Shown: piece after piece, positions 51,002-63,996 of the stretch
Numbering within the stretch: position 1 is the first letter of the stretch
Layout: each line of letters begins with the position of its first letter
DNA from: Selaginella moellendorffii
Lineage: Eukaryota; Plantae; Lycopodiophyta
Reading direction: 5' to 3'
Length of the DNA: 64,000 bases
Assembly: GCF_000143415.4 (NCBI RefSeq)
Contig: NW_003314261.1
Coordinates: 558,001-622,000, forward strand
Translations under genes and position numbers: made by a program
Notes under the pieces: model-generated
Database searches by the model: none
Seen by the model: the letters and a program-made list of their open reading frames with translations, nothing else
Told to the model about the DNA's origin: nothing

Positions 51002-53391
51002 ATGGCGGATCGGAAGATGAGCAAGAACAGCGGCGACAGTGTCATCGACCTCCTGGACGACAATATTCTGCTCCAGATCCTGGAGCGCCTTGAGGATCGA
51101 TTCGACCGCCAGGCGTGGTGCCTCAGCTGCAAGCACTTCCTGCGCCTCGAGGCCAGCACCAGGAACCGGATCCAGCTCATGCGCCACGAAGTTCTCGAAG
51201 GGATCCTCCACAGGTACTCGCGGCTGGAGCATCTGGATCTGTCGCATTGCATCCAGCTGGTGGACGAGAATCTGGCGCTCGTAGGGCAGATCGCGGGAAA
51301 TCGTCTCGCCTCGATCAACCTGTCGCGAGTTGGGGGTTTTACCAGCGCTGGGCTGGGGCTGCTGGCGCGATCCTGCTGTGCCTCCCTCACCGACGTGGAC
51401 CTGAGCTACTGCTCCAATCTCAAGGACTCGGACGTGCTTGCGCTCGCGCAAATCTCCAATCTCCAGGCTCTCCGCCTCACGGGCTGCCACTCCATCACAG
51501 ACATTGGGTTGGGCTGCTTGGCCGCTGGCTGTAAGATGCTCAAGCTTCTCACGCTCAAGGGGTGCTTGGGGATCACGGACATTGGCATTGCTCTCGTTGC
51601 CGTGAATTGCAAGCAGCTAAGAACACTGGATCTCTCGTACACCGAGGTGAGTCTCTTTTCTCTTTGCTTTGGCGTGATTCTAGCAGATCGCCATTTGTCC
51701 TGGTTTTCTCGTCTTTGGTTTGACTTGGTGGTCTGAGCTTTTGCTTTTGTTGTTCCGTGAAGGTGACCGACGAAGGCCTGGCATCCATAGCGACTTTGCA
51801 CTCGCTGGAGGTTCTGAATCTGGTTTCTTGCAACAATGTTGACGATGGAGGATTGAGATCGTTGAAAAGGAGCTGCAGATCGTTGCTGGTACGTCAGGAG
51901 TGCTCTTTTTCTCCGATGTAAACGACTTCTCTCCTTTCAGAAGCTGGATGTTTCTCGATGCTCCAATGTCAGTGACGCAGGTCTCGCAGCTCTGGCCACC
52001 AGTCACCTCTCCTTGGAACAGCTTACACTTTCCTACTGCTCTATCGTAAGTCTCAACGTTATCTACTCGTACATGTAGAAATTGACCCCTGTGAGCTCAG
52101 ATCACGGACGATCTACTGGCCACCTTTCAAAAGTTTGATCACCTGCAATCAATTGTCTTGGACGGGTGTGAGATTGCTCGCAACGGTCTCCCTTTCATCG
52201 CCAGGGGTTGTAAGCAGCTCAAGGAGCTCAGCTTAAGCAAGTGTAGAGGTGTAACGGACAGAGGCATAGCTGCTGTTGCTCAAGGATGCACTGCTCTTCA
52301 CAAGCTCAACCTGACGTGCTGCCGGGAGCTGACGGACGCGTCTCTGTGCCGGATCTCCAAGGACTGCAAGGGTCTCGAGAGCTTGAAAATGGAGTCGTGC
52401 AGCCTCATCACCGAGGATGGGCTGTGTGGTCTCGGCGAAGGCTGTCCTCGTCTCGAAGAACTCGATTTCACCGAGTGCAACATGAGTGATACCGGTACGT
52501 TTGATCATTTCGAGCCGATTGACTCGAGTACTGATTGATTCGCTTTCAGGCCTCAAGTATATTTCCAAGTGCACGGCACTGAGGTCCCTCAAGCTGGGAT
52601 TTTGCTCCACCATCACAGACAAAGGCGTTGCTCACATTGGTGCCAGGTGTTGTAACCTTCGAGAGCTTGACTTCTACAGGTAGCAGTAACTTCACTTGTG
52701 AGTCGGTTTTGTAACAAGTCTTGGTGGTTTCTTCAACAGGTCCAAAGGTATAGGTGACGCTGGAGTGGCAGCAATTGCTTCCGGGTGTCCGAAACTCAAG
52801 CTTTTGGATCTTTCGTATTGTAGCAAGATCACAGACTGCTCGTTGCAATCGCTGTCGCAGCTGAGAGAGCTGCAACGCCTCGAGCTCCGCGGCTGCGTGC
52901 TTGTTTCGTCGACAGGCCTGGCCGTGATGGCATCGGGCTGCAAGAGGCTCACGGAGATCGATATAAAGCGCTGCTCCCAGATCGGGAACGCTGGAGTCTC
53001 GGCCTTGTCCTTCTTTTGCCCCGGCCTCCGAATGGTACGTAATAAGAGATTCACAAAACTTTCATCTTTCACATTGCTATGATCCTAACTTTGGTGGTTT
53101 TTTTCTTACCAGATGAACATCTCGTATTGCCCGATCTCAAAGGCGGGATTGCTGAGCCTTCCCCGGCTCAGCTGCTTGCAAAGCGTCCGGCTCGTCCACC
53201 TCAAGAACGTCACAGTGGATTGCTTCGTGACAGTGCTCCAGAATTGCAAGAGCTTGAAGAACGTCAAGCTTCCATCGTATTTGAGAACACTCCTCCCTCC
53301 CGGGATCGCGGAAGAGATGGAATCGCGGGGCTGCCGAATTCGATGGATGGACAAAGCCTTGGAAGAAGACGATGCCCTCGAGCCTCACTGA
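51002..53391 (+). CDS. F-box/LRR-repeat protein (FBL3-like), multi-exon
   Basis: F-box LLDDNILLQILERL..WCLSCKHFLRLE followed by many Cys-containing LRRs (L..C..ITD.G). Confidence 0.92.
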
Positions 53392-53543
53392 GAGAAATTC
53401 CTTTATTTCTTTGTATTTAAGTTTTAAAGGGGGTGTTAAACGTACAGGGCAAAGAAACCCTCGGATTTTAGGGTTCTTAGGGACGCGCGAGCTCGAGCGC
53501 GCGCTGGGGATCAAAGGTGTGTGAGTCTAGTCGCGGCGGTGAG

Positions 53544-54968
53544 ATGCCGAGCTTCGTAGTGGTTGCTGGAGCAGATGTAGAGATGGCGGAAGGGAATGGG
53601 ATTTCCGCGAGGATTGACCTGAATTTGCATCTGGCGCCTCCGGCCACTGCCGATTTCCTGCGGCTAGGGCCAGGGATTGAGGAGGAGGAGCGGCAGCAGC
53701 AGCAACAGCCACGGGAAGGGGGCCAAAATCAGGGTGGGAATCTCCAGCGCAGGATTTTGCCGCGTTTTGGCCCTGGGATCCATGGCGTGTTCCTGGATCT
53801 TCATCCAGACAGCGATTCTGAGGCTAGAATACGTCCGGCTGTGGAGCATTCGATGCGTCCTCCCATCCGGCACCATCGCTTCAGGCGTTACTCGACTCGC
53901 GGCCCTTCGCTGGTGAGTGTGGCCGGGCTGGAGGAGAGATCTAGGAGGCTTTTTCACGATTCGCGAAGCCCGCAGCAACAGCAGCAGCAACCACAGCAAG
54001 ATACTTCCAAGGACAAGGCACCCGCGAAAGAAAGCGAGGACGACTCCTCCAAGGACGAGACCGGAGTGGTCAAGCGTGGCGGGAACGAGAACTTTGAGTG
54101 TAACGTGTGCTTGGATATGGCAGTGGAGCCCGTGGTGACGGTGTGTGGGCACCTCTTCTGCTGGAGTTGCTTGCACCAGTGGCTCTACGTGCACTCGGAG
54201 AACGAGGAGTGCCCGGTTTGCAAAGGCTCGGTTGGCGAGAATTCGATCATCCCGATCTATGGGAGAGGGAGTTCGTCGTCGGCTCGACAGGAACTTAGCG
54301 TGCAAGACGACGAAGCTCGAGTTCCTCCTCGCCCTCACGCTCGAAGGGTGGATAGCTTGCGGCAGAGAGTGGAAGCTGAGACAACAGCAGTGCCAGTGGA
54401 GGATCGGGACGCCGAGCAAGACCGGATCAACTTGAACGAGATGCTCCGGATGAGCAGGGTGGTGCGCTTGTTGCACGACAACATGTCGTCGCGCTTCCGG
54501 CGGCGCATGTCCGAGCGAAGAGAACACTACCGGACGCCATCGATGACGACCACAGCGGCGAGCACTCAACCGGTCGAGTTTACTGTGGGAGAGTTTGAGG
54601 CACGAGCTGCGACTTTCCAGGATGACTACGTGCGGCAGCTCTCGGCCAGCCGCGCCGATACTGAGGAACGTGTGAATGCTATCCGAGCGAGGTTGGCGAG
54701 CTTGGTGGAGACGATTGAGTCGCACCGTCGGCAAGCGGCGTCCATGGCTGCGAGGTTCCATGACACTGCAAGAGAAGCCGTGGCGTTAACAGCAACTGTG
54801 GGTGTCAGCGCCCAACCGAGCGACGCTGTCATTGCCACAGCGGAGACAATTGAGCGCTCAAACAGTGTTAGCTCCGTTGCTAGACCCCGAGAGTCCGAGG
54901 AAGGGAGCACCTCGGGTGGTGGTGACTCGGAAGTCTTACATAGCAGGAAAAGGAGGCGCTTGAACTAA
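53544..54968 (+). CDS. RING-HC E3 ubiquitin ligase, RMA/RNF5-like
   Basis: FECNVCLDMAVEPVVTVCGHLFCWSCLHQW..ECPVCKG..IIPIYGRG, VPPRPHARR; N-terminal DLNL; C-terminal RKRRRLN. Confidence 0.9.
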   Translation: MPSFVVVAGADVEMAEGNGISARIDLNLHLAPPATADFLRLGPGIEEEERQQQQQPREGGQNQGGNLQRRILPRFGPGIHGVFLDLHPDSDSEARIRPAVEHSMRPPIRHHRFRRYSTRGPSLVSVAGLEERSRRLFHDSRSPQQQQQQPQQDTSKDKAPAKESEDDSSKDETGVVKRGGNENFECNVCLDMAVEPVVTVCGHLFCWSCLHQWLYVHSENEECPVCKGSVGENSIIPIYGRGSSSSARQELSVQDDEARVPPRPHARRVDSLRQRVEAETTAVPVEDRDAEQDRINLNEMLRMSRVVRLLHDNMSSRFRRRMSERREHYRTPSMTTTAASTQPVEFTVGEFEARAATFQDDYVRQLSASRADTEERVNAIRARLASLVETIESHRRQAASMAARFHDTAREAVALTATVGVSAQPSDAVIATAETIERSNSVSSVARPRESEEGSTSGGGDSEVLHSRKRRRLN

Positions 54969-55108
54969 TGCTGTATTGCGTGGATTCAGAGGTGATCGAC
55001 AAGTGGTCTATTTCGGAAGGAACAGGTGTCCGCAATAATTCGTTGGAAGGCGATAAAAGGAGGATTCACAGGAGGGTGAGAAGGAAATTAATTACGCAGG
55101 AGGAGAAT

Positions 55109-56200
55109 ATGGTAGAACAAAAGGTAGCTTTGGTGGCTGGAGCAACTGGACTCGTTGGTAACAGTCTACTAGAGCTGCTGCCGAAGTCCCAGTGGAAGGT
55201 CTATGGCCTTGCTCGACGGCCGAGGCCGAGCTGGTTTGTGAATACAGGGGTGGAGTACATCGAGTGTGACTTGCTGGATAGAAGTGATACACTCCGCAAG
55301 GTGTCGAGGCTGACAGACGTGACACATCTCTTCTGGGTGGTCTGGGTCCACAAGAGCGACGGTGAGGAACAAGGCAACTGCGAGGCAAATGGAAGCATGC
55401 TTTCGAATGCTCTGGACGCGCTGCTTCTCAACGCCAAGCAGCTGGAACACATCTGTCTCCAGACTGGTTCCAAGCACTACATCGGCCCGCAGAGCCTGTG
55501 GGGGAAGATAGATCATGGAGAGCTCCCTTTCGTCGAGGACGGCCCCCGGCTTGGTGTTCCAAACTTCTACTACACTCTCGAGGACATTGTCTACGACGCT
55601 GCAAAGAAGAAGAAGGGTCTCACTTGGTCGATCCACCGGCCCAGTGTCATCTTTGGATTCGCTCCCAGGAACCTCATCAACCTAGTTCATGCGGTAGCGG
55701 TCTATGCCAGCATTTGCAAGCAGCAGGGGCTACCGTTTGTCTTTCCTGGACACTCGGAGGCGTGGGAGTGCAAGACGGACGTTTCGGACGCGGAGCTTAT
55801 TGCTGAGCAACAGATCTGGGCGGCGACAGACGCCAGAGCCAAGAACCAGGCCTTCAACGTGACAAACGGGGACCTGGTTACGTGGAAGGAGCTGTGGCAC
55901 GCGGTGGCGCTCAAGTTTGATCTCCAAGTGCCTGTCTACAGTGGCTCCCCGACGAGCATGGAGGAGATATTGCGAGACAAGCAAGAAGTGTGGGAGGAGA
56001 TGACGAGATCCAACAGGTTGCACGCAACGACCAACTTGAGGAAGGTGGCGAGGATTTTAGACGAAGCCTTCAACTTTCCATTTCGTCTGGTGAGCAGCAA
56101 TAGCAAATGCCGGGAGTTTGGATTCAACGGCAGCAGAGACACGGAAGCGTCACTGACACGAGTGATCGATCGAATGCGGGCAGCTCGGATCATCCCGTAA
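55109..56200 (+). CDS. VEP1: Progesterone 5-beta-reductase/iridoid synthase-like SDR (PRISE)
   Basis: VALVAGATGLVGNSL, WKVYGLARR, DVTHLFW, LQTGSKHY, NFYYTLED, TWSIHRP, DAELIAEQQIWAA, NQAFN. Confidence 0.92.
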   Translation: MVEQKVALVAGATGLVGNSLLELLPKSQWKVYGLARRPRPSWFVNTGVEYIECDLLDRSDTLRKVSRLTDVTHLFWVVWVHKSDGEEQGNCEANGSMLSNALDALLLNAKQLEHICLQTGSKHYIGPQSLWGKIDHGELPFVEDGPRLGVPNFYYTLEDIVYDAAKKKKGLTWSIHRPSVIFGFAPRNLINLVHAVAVYASICKQQGLPFVFPGHSEAWECKTDVSDAELIAEQQIWAATDARAKNQAFNVTNGDLVTWKELWHAVALKFDLQVPVYSGSPTSMEEILRDKQEVWEEMTRSNRLHATTNLRKVARILDEAFNFPFRLVSSNSKCREFGFNGSRDTEASLTRVIDRMRAARIIP

Positions 56201-56228
56201 CAAGAAGAGGGGTACGCTGTCAAGTTTC

Positions 56229-57397
56229 TTAGATGCCAGTGTTTTCGATGACTTGCTCAGTGATCCAAGTCTGTCCAGGCTCTACGCACAGCGGCTTTTC
56301 ACCCGAAGTTGGGCCTAGCAGCACAAACTTTTTCCAGTCTTCCTCCTGCGACTCTGGCCCCGGATTGGAGAGGTTCAGATACCTCAGTCCCGATTTCTGG
56401 AAGGTGAACGAGCGGCGCTTTCCCTGGCAGTCAAAAACAAGCATTCAAGTGTTGAGAAGATCGATCGTCAACTTACTCGATCTAGCAGCGTCCACGGCAT
56501 CGAGGACATGAAGTAGAGGCGATTCATTCCAGGTGCTAGTGGAGCCATCTCGGAGCAGTGGCGGTGCCAGAGCCGACCATCTTTGCCGACAAAGCTCTCG
56601 TCGCCTTGCTGGGATTCTCTCTCCGGGCGCTTGTACGATCCTCCACTGAGCAGCACTGCAAGTTTCTCAAAGATCCGGGGGCCCTGCTCTTCGCCAGCGG
56701 TGGTGTTTTCGGCGATGGATTCGTCTCCCAGGGACAGGAAGTTGGTTCCCAGCAGGCCCATCGCGTAAGCTCCAGCCAAGTCGCCAATCTCGACCGCAGT
56801 GGCGATGGATGCGTGGAAGCAGCAGGGAACTTTGCCAGTGTTTTCGATCGACAAGGTGGATTGAAGCTGCTGCTTGGAGAGCGTGACGCTGTTCTTGAGC
56901 TTGAGATTTGGCAGGCCAGAGCCCAGTGTGATCTAAAACATAAAAAGAAAAAAATCTAGATCCATAGTGGAACTTCTCTCTACCTTGACCCATTTGTTGG
57001 GAGCTCTTGAGACTCCATTGACGATCCATGACAATGGAGGATTGTTTGCGCGCTTGGTTTCTTCACCATCTTCTACTTCTGGGATTCTTGCCACTGACGC
57101 GCGGATTCCTCCTTTGTAGGCGCAGCAGCCCCCTTGCAGTGGAAATCTCTTGGAGTGGAGGACTTCTTCCTGAGATTCGTGCCACATTATCGGTTTGTAG
57201 GATGTAACCACGCCTTGCGGCAGTGCTATCGTGGCGGCGGAGCCACAGGCGAGCTTGAGCCGTGCCTCAACGATTCCATCGCTTCTCTCGAATTCCAGCT
57301 CCTTGCAGCCAAATCGCTCTTGCAGTAGCTCCGCCCGCTCCATTCGTTCCCATTTCAGTGGACTCAAGCCTATGGCGCTCTTACCAGCAATCTCCAT
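56229..57397 (-). CDS. NDF5: NDF5/PnsB2-like NDH assembly protein (aldose-1-epimerase fold), three exons
   Basis: [28 protein letters not shown]...[19 protein letters not shown]. Confidence 0.7.
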
Positions 57398-57980
57398 GAG
57401 ATATTTGCGGGTATGTTCTTGGGTTTTTCTTTTTCATGAATTAGGGTTTTTTTAAAAGGGGTGAGTTATTGATGCCGGGCTTCTTGAATCCATTCCGTTG
57501 TTCATGTGGGGCTTGAACAACGTTTCTGGAGGTCGTTACCCGATCCCAAGCCTGCCTGCTTCCATTAGCGGATGCAAGTTAGTGCTCTTTTCAAAAACTA
57601 TCCATTTGAGTGTTAACCCATGATCTGGTTTCCTGTGTGTAGAAATTCCGAAGGAAATGGATGAGAGTGAAGAACGGGGGACTTCTCTTAGCGAGTGCTG
57701 TTCAAGAATTAGAGACAATATGAGGCACAAACAAGGAACACAATGGCTAAAACTGAGCAACTTATATTCCTGTATCCCACTAACTTAATGTTGCTACAAG
57801 AAATTGCCGAAGGAAATAGAAAAAATACTTTAGCAAGTAACTAATGACCAGCTGACTAAATACAAAATGAAACTAGGCTTTAACACCTTTCCTGGGATGT
57901 ATACTTTCATTTGCACGAAGACCGTGAATAGCGTAAAATGGACCATATCGTACGCCTAATCTTGGCCCGTACACTTTGGG

Positions 57981-58826
57981 ATGTCGCTGAGTGCTGCCGC
58001 GAGGAGGAGCTTGGCACAGCGCTGCTCGCATTTGCGTCGTGAATCGCCTCTTTGGTGGTGCCACCGATCATCCGCGCCACAGGAGCATGATCTAGGTTCT
58101 AGGCGTCCGCCCCAGGTAACGAAGCAAGAAGTGGAGGCTAGGTTTCTTGTGATGGGATTGGAAAATTTGCCAGCCGTGGTCCAGTCGTCTCCGATCGCGC
58201 GCATTCTCATCACCCAGTGCCGCCAGTGAACCAGACAAACCAAAGTAAGCTCTTGGGTACGAACTTCTCGTGATTTGATTCTCTCTTCTTCCAGGATCTC
58301 TGTGACCTTTGTGGACAAGAATGGCAGCGAGAAATCGATCCAAGTTCCCGTTGGAATGTCGATGCTAGAAGCTGCTCACGAGAACGAGATCGAGCTGGAA
58401 GGTAAACCTCTTTCTCTTTTCTGCTCTAGCAATGGATTGAGCATAGTTACCTCGGATTTGTGTCAGGGGCTTGCGAGGGATCTCTAGCCTGCTCGACTTG
58501 TCACGTAATCTTCATGGTATAGTTCCAGATCGTCGCTTTCTTGTCGCGCTAAGTTTCTTTCGATCGTCAGGACGAGGAGCTCTACCAGAAGTTGCCAGAG
58601 CCATCCGACGAAGAGAACGATATGCTCGACCTGGCGTTCGGGCTCACAGAGACGTAAGTTCCACTTCAATGAGGACGAGAAAGAAAGAAGACTTTACCTC
58701 TGGTGTTCCAGATCACGTCTTGGCTGCCAAATCATCGCCAAACCAGAGCTGGATGGGATGCGTCTGGCTCTTCCGCCGGCCACCAGGAACTTCGCTGTAG
58801 ATGGACACGTTCCAAAGCCTCATTAG
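57981..58826 (+). CDS. MFDX: Mitochondrial 2Fe-2S ferredoxin (adrenodoxin-like), multi-exon
   Basis: [71 protein letters not shown]. Confidence 0.93.
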
Positions 58827-58919
58827 CGGCGATCTGCTAGAGCCATAATTAATGAACTCAACAGAGATGCCTTGGTAAGCGAATTTACTCTCACTTTGTG
58901 AGGTTTTGAGCCATCACAG

Positions 58920-59630
58920 TTTGGTTATAAAATAAAACCAAGAATTATGCAGCTAGCTTACTCTCACGATGGCATTGGCTTTCGAGCCACAAAGGATTTG
59001 ATGAGCGTGAAGGCACGGCCGGGTTGGAACAATGGTACTAGCACCTCGGACCGTCACAAATGTCAGCCCATGGTAAATGGTGAAGAGACGATACAAGATA
59101 TGAACGAAAAGTTTGAGAGCTCCAAATGCTACCTCTTCTACCATGGATACCATGGTTTACTAATGTTAAGTTTGAGTGAGTATCGTGAAGCAACCGAGTC
59201 GACGTCTCCACTGTTCACACTCGCGGTGAGAACAAAAGGACTGCCTAAGTAGCTCATGACGAATAGCGACCGCATAACTTTCACCAGTGATGTAGAAATC
59301 TCTGTTCTTGTCTGCTCCAACCATCTCTCAAGAGACATATAAGAACCCCTGGCTGTACAGTAGCAATGTCCAGTACTGAAACATTACCTGTGTTATCTCC
59401 TGGAAACCTCAAAGTGATGCTAGTACTGGGGTCAGAGAAGCCAACTCCTGTGGGGGACTCCAAAAACAAGACATTTGCAACTGTATGCAAAGCAAAAACA
59501 CGAGAAAAGAGAAAACTTGAAAACTTAATTATCCTTCTTTGTTCCTAGCGAAGAGTCCCCATTTGGTGATGTGATATGGCCCAAGCTCTTACATAGCACC
59601 ATACACAATTGAGGAGCAACTGGGACCTGC
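58920..59630 (-). pseudogene. Serine carboxypeptidase-like pseudogene
   Basis: GPSCSSIVYGAM*ELGPY, VANVLFLESPTGVGFS, SGDVDSVASRY, PWYPW and TFVTVRGA lie in different frames with large deletions. Confidence 0.8.
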
Positions 59631-61270
59631 TAAATAACAGTGTATTTCTTAAGCCCGGTCATGGAATATTCATAGAATATTATTTTAATAATAACAAAAA
59701 CTTCTATAAAATACTATTATTTAGAATAACGTAATACTTAATTAAGAATGCACAGAAAGGACTTTCATTATTTAAACCACCTCTCATTTTGCATGGCTAA
59801 TGATGTAACATGTTTGTTTCCTTGAAAAGTTGCTTGCACAATCCTCATGTCTGTAAAATCCATTTTGTACTAATCGAGGTAGAAGTAAATCAAATATTTG
59901 CAGCAGTAGATATGCCTTTCTGAAAGTCTAGACACCCATAAGAAGGTTTCCTATGATTACCTTGTAATGGTTTCCCTTGTTATTTAGAAATAGTTTTTTT
60001 ATCTCTATTGTTGAATGTGTTAACATTTTCAATGTGTGCTTGTATTGTATGTGTGTTATGCAATCTTGTCTGAAAATGCAATGTAAAAACTTTCCTTAGT
60101 TGAACTCAAATTCGTATTTGATGTTTTGTTGTTTGAGAAAGGAATGCTTGTTCATAAGGAAATTAATTATCAGTATTAGAAAATATTATTTTACTTGCCA
60201 AAGGTGTCAAATTTCCATGTGGGGCAAACATCTAAACATATTCTTCCTCTATTCTATTAACATTTACAATTGTGTTAGAAGATATCATCCATCTAAAACT
60301 CCCAGCACAAACCTTACTATGTTTAGACTATAAAGCTCTACTAGAGTAGCTTTGGTATCTTTCATGATTGTCCATGTTTCGCTAAGCGATGGACATGGCA
60401 TCCTGGAATGCAATGCTCGACATATTCCCTCTCCTCAGCCACATTTGATGCCATTAGACAATTTCTATTACACTTTTGTATTTCTGGGAGCTGGAATTTG
60501 TGAAACATGCGCTATGTCAGCGTTGTGATTGCCAGCACGGTTCAGCATTGATAGGGTGGCAGCCAAGGGCTCAAGTGCACAATCCGGGATGGAAGAAGTT
60601 GGCTGGAGCGTCACCAGGGTCTTTTCCATGATGGTGGTGAGATCTCAAAGCACTCGCTTTGCATGGTTAGGCGCTCTGGTGGAAAATTTTAGATATTTCA
60701 GTGTGCAAGGCAAATTGCGCTGAGAGGATCTGGCAGTGAAGAGAGTAGGATTTGAAAAGGTGAGGGCTTTTGTGCTCTGGACTCTAACGATCAAAGCAAC
60801 AACCTGGACGGAAGTGAACAACTCTTAAAACAAGGAACTGGTGTTTGGTGGTGGAAGGCTTTGCCAACCGCCCAGCGTCTTACGTTTGCTAGAGAGAGGA
60901 CCAATGCCAATTGCTCATCACTCATCAATCGTTGCCATCGCTCACCTGAATTAGATTGAAGAACCTCTTAGCAAGTCTCAATCAGATTCAAGTTGGCTAA
61001 AGAGACAAGATGATGGCGCTGAAATCAGATGCTAGTAATAAATAAACCAGGAAGCTAACAAAGTCTAAAAGTCTATGTTGAAATTGCACAGATGTACAGT
61101 TGTGTTTCACATACTTATAGTTTTAAAGGAACTCCTTCACTCCTTTGGAAAAACTTGGAGTTATGAGCTCAACAGCGAGAGAAGGCTAATCACAAGGTAG
61201 AGTGGAGCAGGGTGGGATCGAAAGTGGCAACCGGTGCTAGCAGCTATCTCCGGAGTGGGAGGTTGAGTGC

Positions 61271-61790
61271 TGTTTTCTGATGCTCTTAAGGTTTATGTTT
61301 CTAGTGATGGAGGCGTGAAGAGAAAGGACATTAAAGAGAAGATGGTAGCTTGTTTTGGTTGCCTTCTCACATGTGATGGCCCTCCTTTTAAAAACCTTGG
61401 AGTTATGACAGAAGGCTAATCACAAGGTTAGCCTTCTCTCACTGAAAACAGATGCCAGCTTTATAAAATTTTCTCCATGACGCAATCTTAGTTATTTACT
61501 TCTCAGAGTTTTTTTTAGATTCTTTTCAAAGTTATCCAGTGTCCTGAAAGATTTTGTGCTTGCCAATGTTAAATGCAATCATTGCTAAAGTTTAAGCATT
61601 CACAAAAAGAAAGTTAATAGAGGTACCAAATACAGAGTGGCATATAATTGATGCATAGGATAAACTTTTGCAACTTCACCTCGCACCGACTGAAACAAGC
61701 TAACATCTTTTCTTTAATGTCCTTATTATCAAGCTTTCTCTTCATGCCTCCATCACTAGAAACATAAAACCTTAAGAACATCAGAAAACA
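61271..61790. repeat. ~90-bp inverted repeat (61271-61355 / 61693-61790)
   Basis: tgttttctgatg.tcttaaggttt.atgtttctagtgatggaggc..gaagagaaag..ggacattaaagagaagatg.tagcttgttt and its reverse complement. Confidence 0.75.
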
Positions 61791-62631
61791 ATGCCTCATT
61801 ACCTTGCAGGGTCCTTGTCTACAACATACTTAATCTCCGATGGATACCTTGACAAAGGCTAGTGCGCACCCTATAACGACTCGGGAAAAGGCTGTCAGGA
61901 ACACACTTGGAGTTCATGTTGGCTCGCCTGGGAAAAGACAATGATATATTGCTGCAAGCCAGGGCAGCTGCCAAGGTACATATTTATGTGTTTTGAGAGA
62001 CTCTTGCCTTTTCTGCTTGTGGTTGGCAGAAACTACTCACATTCATTCCAAGATAAGAGAAAACAAATCGATTTATATTATATAGAAAATACTTCTTTTT
62101 TTTGTAAAGATTAAGTTCCCCAAAGGCAGATTGTTTTGTTCTAGGGTCGGCCCTTGCATCTCTATCCACCCATTCTCGAGCTTGAATAACTGTACGGCCA
62201 TATCACAACTCACTTTTCATGATAGTCACAGGTTCACTGGTTGAGATGGAAATGGATTTTGTGCTACTTTAGATTTTATACTTAGACTTAGCAAGCATTA
62301 CTAAACATGGATCTGTCTTCACTATGCAAAATTTCATTGAATAGAGATGTTATATTTAAGGAGGTGTGCGGCAGTTTACTAGTGATTTATAAAGTACAAA
62401 AGAAAGGGAAGCTTGATTTACCTTTGTCTCGTGTTTAATGTAAAACTACACCTATATTATTTATTCAGGTCTCTCTTTCTTTTCTCTACAAACGGGGCAA
62501 GATTGTTGCAGATACAACAATACGAGGAGAGCCTCGAGAAGTTGATGGATGAATACTCTTGAGAACCTAGACAAGTTTTATCGACAAACTTAAAAAGAAA
62601 TTATACTAAAACAAAGAGCCACTCTATCTAG

Positions 62632-63996
62632 CTATTTATCAAATGCTAACAGTTTCTCGTCTTCTTCGTGTGACAGGCGCCTCCTCTTTGACGGGTCAGG
62701 CTCAACGTAATGATTTCCTCCGAGACAAGCCAGGGCAATCATTTGGAGCATGCTGTCAAGCATCACGACCCTGTGTATGTTCGCCCCCCCTCGAGCGCCC
62801 TGCTTCAAGCTCTGCGCCATCCGAATTCCAGCGGCTTTGAGAAGGTCATACTGCGTGTACCTCAGCACCACGTCCCCTATAGCAATTCGAAGCAGCCCTT
62901 CATAAAACTTTTTTGCCCCGGACGAAAAAAAGCCACCGTCAACTTCATTACTCGGAAGTGGATACCACTACACCAACGAGCAGATTATGAGCCGTGTCAA
63001 GTAAAGCCTCCTCACCTCTGGAGCAATGTACAAGTCTCCCACGATGAACGGCCGCTTCAAGTATTTTGCACCCGATTTCTCCCGGTAGTTTTCACGCAGA
63101 AACTTGGTCCCAAGAGCAAACATCCTGTCAATGACAGCCTTTGAAGTTGGAGCCTGTCCTGATGGTCGAGTCGTCTCCACAAAATCTGTAACCAAAAGAC
63201 GCGGGTAAGAATTCGGAACATGAAAAACGAAAAAACACAACGAAACCCGAATACGCGCTGTCCGAGACTTTGTTACCACCCGCCAATATTTGACCTTCAG
63301 CTTTCAGAATTGCATACGTGAACTTGTGCTTGGAGAGGGCCAACAAGTACACTGCATGAAAAGAAAAAAAATGAATGAAAACATGAAAAAAAAAAGTACT
63401 TGGTTTGTAGTGTCTGTTCGACAAGTTGCACCTGACTTCAGGGCGAGCACAAGCTGCAGCCTGGGCAATTGCTTCCCACGTCTCGTTGGGCTTGAACTCG
63501 CTGATAAAGGCACATCGCTGTGCCGACAGGCGAAGCCGTTCCACCTCACACTCTGTTCGCTTGCGAGGCCCTTCATTGAACACAAACGCTCTCCCGTCGG
63601 TCCGGCCAGTATCTGCCACATCGTAAGGACCCTGAGGAGGTGCTTCCGTGTCGAGATGACTTCCGTCCGAGCTTGAGCTGTCGCTTCCCGATGCGTTACT
63701 GTCCTCGTGCAAGATGGCTTCAACTTCCTCCAAGGCATCGTTCTCCCCGGAAAGGAGAATGACAAAGCCCTTCTGATCCAGTTCATCTTCGTCACCATCT
63801 GCAATGGACTCTAGAAAAGAGGAATTGTACTCTGCATCAGTTGGCGTGGTGAATTTTTCAACCTGACGAATCAATTCCAAATGCCTGGGTCGGAAGTTGA
63901 GCTCTGTGATGCGTTCGTTGTACGATCTGCACAGGTCAAGGTTAACCTGGGGGTTGCGAGCAGGGATGAAAGAACTCACCTCTCGAAATCTGCCAT
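62632..63996 (-). CDS. Multi-exon gene with a probable PD-(D/E)xK nuclease-fold domain
   Basis: ATG 63996 plus a phase-2 intron gives MADFERSYNER; acidic linker; TGRTDG...FISEFK..WEAIAQ; C-terminal PSKRRRL NLS-like motif. Confidence 0.55.

Noticed and set aside
55097-55111. Shine-Dalgarno-like AGGAGG before the VEP1 ATG
   Set aside because: Purine-rich leaders are common here, and the bacterial origin of this family is ancient; likely chance.
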